Part shown: positions 1 to 12,000 of the stretch, in pieces
Layout: each line of letters begins with the position of its first letter
Position numbering within the stretch: position 1 is the stretch's first letter
DNA from: Candidatus Omnitrophota bacterium
GTDB lineage: Bacteria; Omnitrophota; Gorgyraeia; Zapsychrales; Fredricksoniimonadaceae
Reading direction: 5' to 3'
Assembly (NCBI GenBank): GCA_015233675.1
Contig: JADFXH010000005.1
Span: 80,964-144,963 of the forward strand
DNA length: 64,000 nt
The notes under the pieces: model-generated
What the model was told of the DNA's origin: nothing
The model's database searches: none
What the model saw: only the letters and a program-made list of their open reading frames with translations
Translations under genes and position numbers: made by a program

Positions 1-3000
1 CTTGATTATAAAGGCAAAAAAGTTGGGTACATTGTTCTTCCTGATCGGGCGATAAGGATGATGTTTGAGAACTTTATTATGGAACACGTTAAAGATGGTC
101 AAAATTATGGGACAGTTCTTAACGTCGAAGACCCGATGACCAAGCTGGGATTGAATCGATATCTTGATATTGAGAAATTGGCAAATCAGGAGATTCCTGA
201 TATCAAGATTATTGGTAATAGAAAAACGACAGGGGATAAGATTGAGGATGCACTTTTTGATATGAAGGTTGCCGTAATTCAACGTTATCAAGATGAAGGA
301 TTGAAACAACCATCATTCCCTGTAAAACTTCACTGGGCATGGGAGGCGCTATTTGCAGTAGCCTATGTTCCTCTTGCCCTGATCGGCCTTGGGCTTTTAG
401 TCGTCGGGTTGGTGAATCTCGTGCATGGAGTCGCTATTTTGGGGCTTACCTGGAAAGGGGCCTTGTTCTTTGGGTATGTGCTCTTGTTTATAGCAAATAT
501 ATTGAAATCAGCCAGGAAATTCCTGGTGTTTCATGTTACCGATTGGCCGAGAGCTTTATTAAGGATATTGGCCACAAGCGATGACTATATTTATGACAGG
601 GTTACCCTGGACGATTTATCTAGGATCGTTGGCAGTGAACAAAACGGACAGGAGTTATTGAAGGATTTAGTTAACGGGAAATACCTTGAGCTAAAAGACG
701 AGAAGTATGTCGTAACGAAAAAGTATTTGGGCGAAACAGGGTCAGTAAGATTGGATAATTATACACAAGACGAGCGTTGTGAAATATATAACCTGCTTCA
801 GGAGAGATATACCGTTGCCCAGAAGATAGTTGTCAAGGTGCACTTCTTTGAAAGATATTATTCATGGCTATTCTTCTCCAATGCCATGTTGTGGGCCGTG
901 AGTATATTCTATTTCAGTCACGTTGTTCCCGGATTATGGGCGTATATCCCCGGAGCTCTTCTTTTGATATTAACTTCGAGAGAATCTATCCGAAGCTGGT
1001 GGTATTTGTTTAGCGAAGCAGCAACCAGAAGTATTCAGGAAAATCAGAGATGGTTCACCTATAAGGCTTACGCGGATATTGACAAAGAAGCATTGAACTA
1101 TTTAAGAGATCCTCAATTAAGTTTCTTAAAGGATTCCTACAAGGATGTGCTCTTGCAGGAAACTCTTTTGAGATTCCATATGATCACCGAAGCTCAAAAA
1201 GAGGAATTAGAGAAAGTTCTCAATCCCAGGGTGTTAAGCATGCCTAAGATAGACGGTCTTAGCAAAGATGCCCAAGATGAAATAACCAAATTCTTCAACC
1301 AGATCATCATGTCGATAACGATAGCCGGAGGCAAACAAGGATTTATCAAACAATTGAATGCAGTTGCGGTTGGCGATTTGGAACCATGGGTTGCCAAGGG
1401 CACAGGGAAGAAGAGAATTGTTCCGGAGAACAAGCTGCTTGATGGTGATGAAGTTGAAAAAGTAACGCATAAAGCCAACGGCATGCTTATTAAATCCGCC
1501 TTCTATCTTATCAAAGAAGAATATGGCGCATCATGGGCAATATTCCTGGATGAAGGATTAAAGGTCTGGTTAGAGCGCATGTTAAAGAAGGAAGGCATTG
1601 TTGCTGTTCTGGATCAAAACGATTTTAATACCTTGAGAGAACAGCTGATCGATAAGAAGACCCTGTTCGCGACGTCTAGAGATATGGTGGTGGCTTTAAT
1701 GATGAACAAAATTCCAGAATTGGATCAAAAGAAGGCTGTGCGAGTAGTCGAAGCAGCCTTTAAAGAAGGCTGGATTATGTTTCGCGTAGATGGTTATGCA
1801 AAGACATTGGTTTTGGCAGAGGCAGCAGCAGAAGCCACATTTAAAGCGTTTATAAAATACAGGATGAGAAAAGAAACAGAGAACCCGAATCTTGATGGTA
1901 TTGAACTTTGGAAGGCAGTATTTAAACTTGGTGTCAGCGGAAGGATTAGAAGAATAACAGGCCAAGAAGGGACAGAAGATCAGATTCAATCTTTGATGAA
2001 TGAATTGAAAGCCAAGAGAATAGCGCTCCTTGATAAAAAAGGCAGAGAAGTTGTTGCTGAAGAAAAATTGTATGAAGATTTAGCGTTGGCAGAATACCTT
2101 CAGTTTGTGCATGTGCACGAGGATATTAATCCGAACACACCTATAGCGGATGCTCAAACGATTATCAGACTTAAAGCTTTAGAAGCGGCAGAGACAGATG
2201 GAAGGAAAAAGCAGGAAATTGCTAATGAGATCAAGAGACTTGAAGCAAATGCTAAGAGTATCACTGATCTCGAAACCGCGAAAGCCGCTGAGACGGATGC
2301 AGATAAAAAGAAGGAAATCGATGGGAAGATCAAGAAGTTGAGATGGGGTGGTGCGGATCCGGAAAGCCTTATGAATATGTTGGTGAAAGACGGAGATTAT
2401 GTATTAAATACGCATAATAATAAAATTGTCGTTTCGACTATTGATCCCAAGGAAGGTGATACTAATCCTAATGGCGGAGAAGTTTATAATTCGACGATCA
2501 AGGTTGGTCCTAAAACAGATAAGTGGTCTATTACGGCGAGATTTATTGAGCCCTTCCTTGAGGAACGCGGTCATAAAGATGCCTTATTGTTCAACCTTGA
2601 CCGCGACCAGTTCTTCTACCCGGCAGATTGGTTCTTGCTCCCGATAGTTGCGATGAAGATGACTAATGATAGAAGATTAGGGGGCATGATGACTCGCATG
2701 ACGGATAAAGTCGGATTTGTGAGCGATGTCGCCGCAGACCATAAAGTCGCGGAAGATGTGTGGAACATAAGAATCCTGGCCGCGGAAAGCGAAATCGGGA
2801 CGCATGCTTTCTATGGTCCGGGCATCGCAAGTTGGGGTGCCATGAGGCAGTGGGGCGTTTATCTATCTAATATTGAAGATACCGCAGCGGCCCAGGAAGC
2901 ACAACTTTTAGGCTATAAGATGGAATATTGCCCGTGGATCACTTTTGGCAGGCCTCGCGAAATGATCCAAGGATCTATCCTCGCCTTCCAGATGAGATTC

Positions 3001-6000
3001 GGCGGCCTTGTTCTTGACGAGTTTTTGTCTCCTCATAACCAGAAGGTCATGCTGACGGATCAATTGCATTGGACAGAAAAACTCACTTTGTTCGAGAATT
3101 TTGATTTCTATTTCAATAAACCGCTCGTGCCGATTTATAACTTATTAGTCTTCTTGTTCGCCATGTTCTTGCCTCTGGCTCCGTTCTCTTATATAGCTCT
3201 GCCTCTTATTCTAATTGGCATACAATATATGTTGGCCGAAGCCATTACCGCCGGCGGCATAAGGTTATTTACGAGTGAAAAAGGTCTCATTAAAGGACTT
3301 GGCTTATATTTGAAGAGAATGTGGAGTTTGGTTTTCACATTCGGCGTTCTTATTCCGCTTCATGACTGGAAAACCAGAGGAGCGCTTGAAGGGACAGGCG
3401 GCCTTTTCACCGGCGGTATCAAAGACATGGTTTATCCAATGCTGCCGTTTAAGAAGTTATACGAAGGGTATAAGATTTCTGTTCAAATGGGGGTTGCCTT
3501 ACTGATTGTCCTAGCCTTTGCTCCAGCCCATCCATTGGCTATTGTGACACAGTGGTTCTTCTATATGCTGCCCTTCGTCTTTATATATGGCGGATTCATG
3601 AAGAATGGTTTCAAGAGAACAGGCGTTACGTTAAGTATACTAGGTTCTTTGGCCGGTTATTTTGTTAACTATTTGTTATTTGCATCAACCCCGTTATGGA
3701 TATGGTTAGCCGCTCCGTGGGCACTCACAGCAATCGCTGTTTTTGTAAAAGAACTTAGCAAGAAAGAAGGGGTTGTAAAGGCATTTAAAGAGTCATTTGA
3801 ATATTTCTCCAAAGATGAGAAGATCCGCGGCATTACATTGGGAACGCTGGCTGCAGTATTAGTAGTATTGGAATTCTTTAGGATCGCTCTTGTTGGGGAT
3901 TGGATTATCAAGAAATTCTCCAATAGAGGCGGCTTGTTAAGTGTGATAGGTGCATTCGCCGGATTCATCCTTCACAATTTAGTATTTGTATCAACTCCAT
4001 TGTGGATATGGCTGGCAGCTCCTTTAGCGGTAATATTCATTGTTGTTCTTACAGCTAAAATTAGGGGAGTAGAAGATATAGCCAAGGCGTTTAAACAAAC
4101 AGTGGGATATTTCTCTAAAGACAAGACCATTGATGCCGGGATCAAGAAATTAGCTCAATGGGGAGTTTTGGTATTATCTAAAATTAAAGGAACCCCGACA
4201 GACGCAAATCGTTCTCAGGCGCCGCCGGCAAATCAAGACAAAAAAGACCCCACCCGCGCCCTGCCCGGCCAGCCGATGTTAAGCTTGCCCCAAGTTCGCA
4301 GTGCTGTCGAGAAAGTTGGCTTTGATCATGCGGCAATTCTGGCAGAAGATAGACAAGAGGTGAAATTAGCCTTAGCGTATTTACGTTCTGTGGGCCTTGA
4401 TATTATGGCGGCCCATTTGGAGGCAATTGCCAAAGCTGGTTTAATTAGGGCAGGTCCATTTGAAGGTTTCTTAGCCGCTGTTCACACGCTTGCTGATGGC
4501 CGCGAAGCAATAGTCCTTAGCTTTAATCATCCTGTCCATGACGATTTATTCGAACGCACTGCCTCACTGATCCATGAGATCGGTGCTATTGCTCAATTCA
4601 ATTTAACAGACGAAGAAAACGAATCCCGTGCTCAAGCATTCTTGGGATTGACATTTATTATTGGATTAGAAATCGCCAAACGTATTCATAACCGTGAATA
4701 TAAGGAAGCAGAGAGCCTTAAAGCAAAAAACAATCAGAAACAAGCCAACAACGAAATCATCACCAACTTCTTCTTACCGACTCCACAGCAAGAATTCGTT
4801 AATCGTGTTATTGAAGCCGCGATACAGGTGGCACGCCGCGGCGAATACACTAAGGTTTTAGTCAATCCATGGGCCAATACACCGCATGAATATGAAGTAA
4901 CGATTGCGAGATTAACCGAAGAGTTTGCTTCAACCGCGTTCGGGAATCTCTTGCAAGCCATCGGCAGGCAAGTTCCGCAGCAAGCAACAGCCGATGATAT
5001 GGCAGAAATCATACGCGGCATTAATCTGGCGCAATACAACACATCAGCGAAGTTTGCCATTTACAGCGGCCCCCCGGGCGGCGGCAAAGGTGCCGTGGCA
5101 GAAAGATTCTACTCCCTGTATGGAGATTTGGCAGAACAGTTTATCCTGTTCCATACCCGCAACATTCGTGATGGCGAAGAGATGGGCAAGAATTATCATT
5201 ACCGCAATGAAGGGGCGTTAAATGAATTAGTCGAGCAGGGCAATGTGATTAAGGCAACAGTCAACGGGCAATTACAGGGCTTGCCCATACAGTCATTTGT
5301 TGACAAGTATAATTTTATTGATCCTAAGTCTGGTGAGGAGCATAAGGGGATTGCAATGGTCAATGGCCTGGATGCAGTGTTCCATGGCGGAAAGATTGTC
5401 ATCCTGGAATGCGGGCTGGCCTGGTTTGAGTCATTAAGAGAACAGTACGGCGAAGATATCATGAGCTTCTTTATCAGCCCATTTAGCGATGAGACATTAA
5501 ATGCGCGTTCCCGTGATTCAAAGGATGTTATGTCAGCTATTGTAGGATTAGAGATCGCAAAGAGAATCCATAGCCGTGAATATAAAGAGGCCGTGAGGCT
5601 GAAAGCAAAGAGCGCAGAAAAGCAAGCCCAGGAAGAAAGGATCAGCAACTTCTTCTTACCGACCCCTCAAAAAGAATTTCTTAACCGCATTAACGAAGCG
5701 GCCAAGCAAGTGGTGCTCCGAGGTGAGTATCGTAAAGTGTTAGTCAATCCATGGGCCAACACCACGGAAGAATATGAAGCAACGATCGAGAGGATAACCG
5801 AGGAATTCGCATCAGCGATTTTCAAGAATCTCTTAAAGGCCATAGGTATGGAAATTTCGCAAAGCTTAACTGCTCAAGGCATGGCGAAGATGTTAAGAGG
5901 GATAGATTTAAGCAAGTACGATACGCCGGCCAAGTTTGTAATCTATAGTGGGCCTCCGGGCGGCGGCAAGGGTGCCGTAGCAGAACATTTCTATGCTTTG

Positions 6001-9000
6001 TACGGAGACTTGGCAGAGAAGTTCGTGCTCTTTCATAGCCGCAATATCCGTGACGGCGAATCAATGAGTAAGAATTATCATTATAGAAATGAAGAGTCCC
6101 TTTATAAGTTAGCGGAAGAAGGCCATATTATCACGGCTGCTGTTAACGGACAGTTGCAGGGGTTAGCGTTAAATACTTTTGTCGATCATTATGAATATGT
6201 GGATCCAAAAACAGGGGAAAAGCATAGCGGGATTGAATCTATCAAGGGTCTGGATGCCGTCTTCCAAGGAAGAAGAATAGTGATCTTGGAATGCGGACGG
6301 TCATGGTTTGAGTCATTAAGAGAACAATATGGCAGTGACCTGATGAGCATCTTCATCTCGCCGTTTACAGATGAACAATTAAGAGATTCCTCGCGTCCGT
6401 TGCCCGGCAAGCCTATGGTGAGTGTTGAAGTTGTTGTCAATGAATTGGCCCGGCATGCGGCCAATAGTTTTGAAGTGTTAGATGAGAACAATGACGCAGT
6501 GTTATTGGCGATACATATTTTAGAGAATTTAGGCAAAGAAATTAAGGCCCAGGATCTTAAGGAAATGGCAAAACTTGGGTTACTTCGAGCCGGCCCGCTG
6601 GATGGATTTTTAGCTACGATTTTCCTTGTTGATGATCAAGAAACAATCCTTCTTTCAAATAACTATCCTGATTTTAATACAGTCGAAGAACAGGCCTTAA
6701 GCCTGGTCCACGAGATCGGCGCAATATCCAAATTTAATTTTAGCCATGAAGAAAACAGCAGCCGTGAAGAAGCCGGCCGGGTTTGGTTAAGCCGCGTGCC
6801 GCCTGTCAATCCTGCCGAAGCCGCTGTTGTTGGTTTAGAGATTGCCAAGCGCATTCATGCGGGTGAATGCAAAGAGGCGGCAAAGGTAAGGACATGCTCC
6901 CTGGAGAAAAAATATATGGGCGAAGAAATTACAAACTTCTACCGGTCTACAGCCCAGGCGATATTTATTGATAGAATTAAAGCGGCAGTAAATCAGATGA
7001 GGCATCGTCATGCATACAAAGAAATTTTAGTCAATCCATGGGCCAAAAATGAGGCAGAACACAGGGCAACGATTGAAAAATTAACTGAAGAGTTTGCCTT
7101 GAGGATCTTCCGCAATATAGCGCAGGCAGTTGGTATAAGATTTGCAGAAACCGCGACTGCTGGAGCGTTGTTTGAGGAAATCCGGAAAGTAGATTTATCC
7201 AAGTACGATATGATCGAAAAGTTTGTGATTTACAGCGGACCTTCGGCAGTAGGTAAAAAAGAAATCTGGGACAGGTTCTTTGAATTGTATGGAGATATGA
7301 TTTCAAGGGTCGTGTTATTCCATACCCGTAATATTCGTAAGAATGAAGCGATGGGTAAGGATTATCATTATCGCAATGACGCGGCGCTTGAACAGCTTGC
7401 CGATGAAGGCAAGATCATTACCGCAAGTGTCAATGGCCATTTACAAGGGTTGGCTGTTAGGAGTTTTGTTGACCATTATATATATGAAGACCCGCTCACA
7501 GGGCAGAGATATGAAGGAGTAGAAGAAATCAAAGGTCTTGATTCTGTATTCCACGGCAACAAGATAGTCGTTTTAGGATGCAGCCTAGCCTGGTTTGAAG
7601 CATTGCAGAAACAGTATGAGGACAGGTTAATGAGCATTTTCATCTCCCCGTTTAGTGATAAAGAACTTGAAGAGGCTGTGAATGATCCTCAGAAAGTGTT
7701 TAACGCAACTGTTGGTTTAGAGATTGCCAAGCGCATTCATGCCAGGGAAGTCAAAGAAGCGGGCGAAGTAATGAATGATTCTCGGGGTAGACAGTATAAG
7801 GGCAAAGAAATTACAAACTTCTACCAGCCGACAGTCCACGAAGAATTTGTTAACAGGATCCATGAGGCAGCCATCCAGATAGGACGTAGTCATGAATACA
7901 AAGAAGTTTTAGTCAATACATGGGCAAAGGATGAAGCAGAATATAAGGCAACGATCGAAAGATTAACTGAAGAATTTGCTTTAAAGATTTTCCGTAATAT
8001 AACGCAATCTATCGGCATAGGATTTTCGCCGACAGCGACAGCTCGAGCGTTGGCTGAAGAAATTCAAAAGGTAGACTTGTCCGATCATGATACGATTGCA
8101 AAGTTTGCGATATACAGCGGTCCTCCGGGCGGTGGTAAAGGAGCTATATGGAAAAGGTTCTTTGATCTATATGGTGAGATGATCTTAAGGTTCGTATTAT
8201 TCCATACCCGTAATATCCGAAAAGGTGAAGTAATGGGCAAGGATTATCACTACCGAAATGAAGAAGCGCTCGAAGAGCTTGCTAAAGAGGGCAAAATCAT
8301 TACTGCAAGGGTCAATGGCCAGTTACAAGGCTTGGCTATCAGAAGTTTTGTTGACCAATATTCATATACGGACCCTGTTTCAGGCCTGAAGCATGAAGGA
8401 ATTGAGGAGATTAAGGGTCTTGATTCTGTATTCAAGGGAAGCAAGATTGTCATTCTGGAATGCGGCCTTCCCTGGTTTGAATCCTTAGATAAACAATTTG
8501 GGGATAAATTAATGAGCATATTCATTTCCCCGTTTAGTGACGATGAATTGCCCTCTTTATTACAGAATTTGCCGGCTACGAATGACCTTTTACCGTACTT
8601 TAATGAAGACCGTAAAGCTTTGGAGAAACAGCTTAAACGCTGGCAAGCGGCGTATAAGGCCAAATTGGGCAGGGAAATAACGATCAATCAGCTTTTGGAA
8701 AAAGAAGAATTCTTCGAACTTCTAAATGAGGACGGAGAGGTTAATTGTAAAGTAAAACCGCGGGCGCTGGTGCATTATGACGGGGATTGGCATCGTGATG
8801 TGCGGGTGATTATGATGAATAACCGTAAGGAAGTATTGATTCAAAAGAGAGCTTCGACAAAGGATATTGAGCCCGGTTTGTTTGCGGAATCGGTTGGAGG
8901 GCATTCAAAGATCGGAGAGACATCTGATCAAAACGTGGTTCGAGAAATTCGTGAAGAGGTTGGGATTGATCGTGTTGATCAAAGCCGGTTGTTAAATTTG

Positions 9001-12000
9001 GGAGTATTCAAAGATGAAGTTTTAGGATCTAATCACGCAATCAACCGTTCGTATTATGCAGCCTATGTTTATTTGATGAATGATAAAGAAGAAGGCAGTA
9101 TCCGTGTGGATTATGATGACGGTATTCAGCAGATTTTCTGGGCGCCGATAGCTGAGTTAAGAGAAAAGATTTTGGCTAATCCGCAAGAATACACAAAATC
9201 ATTGGTTACAACCTTTGGCGATGAAGAGAACTTTGCTAAGTTATTAGCGTTACACAAAGACAATACCCGTCCATTGCCCGGAAAGCCTATGGCAGGAGAT
9301 GAAGTTGTGACGACAGAGTTGCTCAAGCATGATTTGACAAGCTTCCCTGTATTAAATGAAAAAGAGGAATCTGTTGCTTTGGCGGTTAAAGCCATGAATG
9401 CCATGGGAGAGACAGATAAGGCTCAATATTTAATTGCGATGGTCAAAGAAGGCCGTGTACGTGCGGGTCCCGTTAAAGGATTCCTTGCTACAACCACCTT
9501 GGTTGACGGGCAGGAAAATATTATCCTCTCCAATGCGTATCCTGATAAGAACACTGCTTTTGAAAAAGCCCTCTCATTGGTCCACGAAATCGGCGCCATC
9601 ACTGAATTTAATTTAAGTCATAAGGTCAATGCTGTCCGGATGAATGCCGCCAGTAAGACGATAGGTGAGCTTACTGGAAAGGATTTCGAAACACTTAAAT
9701 CTTTCTTTAATCAAGATGAAGTCAAAACGCTCAAGGCTATCCGCGGCTGGCAGCGGGAAATGAAAGAAAAGTTAGGGGTAGAAAAGACTTTTTGGCAGAT
9801 GACAACCTTTAAAGATGATGAACATCTTGAAGGGGTTGAGTATTTTAGATTAACTGATAGCGAAGGCCGGTACACCGGCAAGATCCGTCCAAGAGATTTA
9901 TGCCATTTGGACGGCACGTGGCACAGGGCTATTGCAGTATTGCTAGTGGATAAAGAAGGCAGATTATTAGTACAGGTCAGGTCAGATGATAAGAAATTCT
10001 ATCCCGGGTGCCGCGATTCTTCTGCGGCCGGGCATTTAGGATTGACGCAATCTTACATTGATGGAGCGATCAGAGAGACCGAAGAAGAAGTTTTTGATTC
10101 ACAACTTGAGCTTGACCCTTCGCGTATGGTCATGTTAGGCGAAGAAGGAATGTTTGTTTTTAAGAATGAGGACCCTGGTCGTAGATTAATAGATTGGGAA
10201 AGGGTCAGCCTGTTTATTTATTTTGTAAAGGATGAAGAAAAATCCAAGGTCAAGAGGCAGGAAAGCGAAGTCAAATTGCTGGAGTGGGTTGACCCCAATC
10301 AAGAAATTAAAAACGTGCAAGGATGGCTGAAGGACCCTGCAGGATATCGAAAGAGAGGCATTGATTATGCCAGTTTAGGAATAAACGTTTTCTCTAATCA
10401 GAAAATCGTGGACTTGATGGAAGAAGCTATTGCGCAAGCCAAAGATTCCTCCAAGCCTCGTGCAGGCCGCAGTGAAGAGGATGCCATCACTGAAGCCACA
10501 GGACTCATTACCAGCGGCAAAATAAACGACAATAATGTTTGGATGGTTGTAAAGAAGAGTACCCCATGGGTGACGCTTGTGATGAATTATTATGGAGTAA
10601 TAGGCCAGCAAGAAAAGGCGGTCAAACTGAGTGAATTAATCAAGGCTGGACACGTAAGAGTTGGTCCAATGATAACGGCTTATGGAGCGCATGTGATCAT
10701 TGAAGGGCAGGAACATATCTTAATAGCCAACAATGACAATTTGAATTTGCCTTCCGTATTAATTCACGAAAATAATGGGGCGAGCCACCAAGAGAATGAA
10801 GAGGCAGAAGAGCTGTATCAGGTATATTGGGGAATAGTCTATACGCTGATTTTATATAATCAGGAACATTTGTTGGAAAGATGGGAAGAATTAAATAGTT
10901 CAGAAAAAGAATCACTGCTAAGCGATATTGTGAGGATCGATTGGAGAGAAGCGGCAAAACTATATAAACGGTTGGTTGTGGAAAAAAACCCTGCACCGGT
11001 TGTGGAGAGTTTCACTGCGATTGATCCTATTAAAGAGAGAAGGGAAGTTGCCGCTCATGCGGGAGATTCTGTTTTATGTTGGGGAGCAAAGGAAGGCAAG
11101 GCAAAATATGGTGTCATTCTGGTGGCTGGCGGGACAGGCTCAGGCCTTAAACATAATGGGCCTAAAGGGACGTTCCCGGCAACGCCGTTGAGTCATGAGA
11201 GTTTGTATGAAATTATAATCACGAAACTCCAGGCGGCGGCAGCGTACGGCCATCAACAGATGTATCCGTTAGTCGTAATGTTAAGCGAGCAGACTCGAGA
11301 AGGGACTTTCAAATTTATCCAGGGGCTTAAGGAATGGGATGATATCAAAAGCCGTGTCATGTTTGTAATGCAAAAGGATTTGCCGGGGTTGTTGCGAGAG
11401 CCTGCGAAAGAGAATGATGGTGAGGCGTTTTTGAAGGCCCGTGGTCGGGTCAATCTTGGCGGGGCTGGACATGGCGATGCCTTTGATTATGTTTTAAACC
11501 CGGCCGCAGGCACTAAGGGGGAAGTTTGGTCTGATGAGGTTAATGCTTTTGTGCAAGCCCCTGTTGTAGCGTGGCTGGAAGATTTAGGTGTGGAATACAT
11601 GCAATTTGCCAATGTCGACAATGTCCTGGCGCCATTCGCGGATAAATATTTTATCGGCGAACATGCATTAAGCCGTGACAAAGACATGGAAGCGGAAGGC
11701 CGGGCGCACATTTCTTTGGTCTTGGTAAGAAAGACTCAATGGGATGACAAAAATCAAACATATAAAGATCGATTAGGAAATGTCGTTATCATCAACGGAC
11801 GGAAAGAATCCATTGATTACTCAGACGCTAGCGATGCCATCAACGCCTCTGCGTACGGAGACCCCAGTATCCGCCTTGTGACTATCCAAAGCCTGGCAGG
11901 CTCTTTGCCAATCGAATACTCCGTGGCTAAGAAGACTGAACAAGATTATCAAGGTAAAGACGTTAACATTTATAAATTTGAACGTTCAAGCGGGAATAAA

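Larger units (their letters stand above)
1..4245 (+). other. Glucan-synthase-like membrane module A (degenerate paralogue of module B; N-terminus cut by window edge)
   Basis: Motif order matches module B: TM clusters, 'FYLIKEEYGASWAIFLDE' (1501-1554), 'FNLDRDQ' (D-x-D-like, 2590-2610), 'FYGPG' (2809-2823), 'IEDTAAAQEAQLLGY' (E-D at 2875-2880), 'GRPREMIQGSILAFQMRFGG' (2947-3006), then a long TM cluster. Confidence 0.45.

Noticed and set aside
4261-4278. Reading 'LPGQPM' as a sortase LPXTG-type sorting signal
   Set aside because: It lacks the T-G dipeptide and is not followed by a hydrophobic segment plus a basic tail. It occurs 18-19 times internally on the predicted cytosolic side.
4573-4587. 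Reading 'HEIGA' as a zincin HExxH metalloprotease motif
   Set aside because: There is no His at +4 (Ala in most copies, Val in L15 and L16). Only a more distant 'HE(E/x)N' follows, so a canonical HExxH site is not present. A non-canonical metal site remains possible and is noted only as a hypothesis.
5062-5091. Interpreting the P-loop modules as AAA+/ABC ATPases or generic NTPases
   Set aside because: There is no Walker B/ABC signature context. The P-loop is followed about 25 residues later by the guanylate-kinase-type 'HTRxxRxGExxGxxYH(Y/F)' motif and the GK-like core order, so a GK-like call is better supported.
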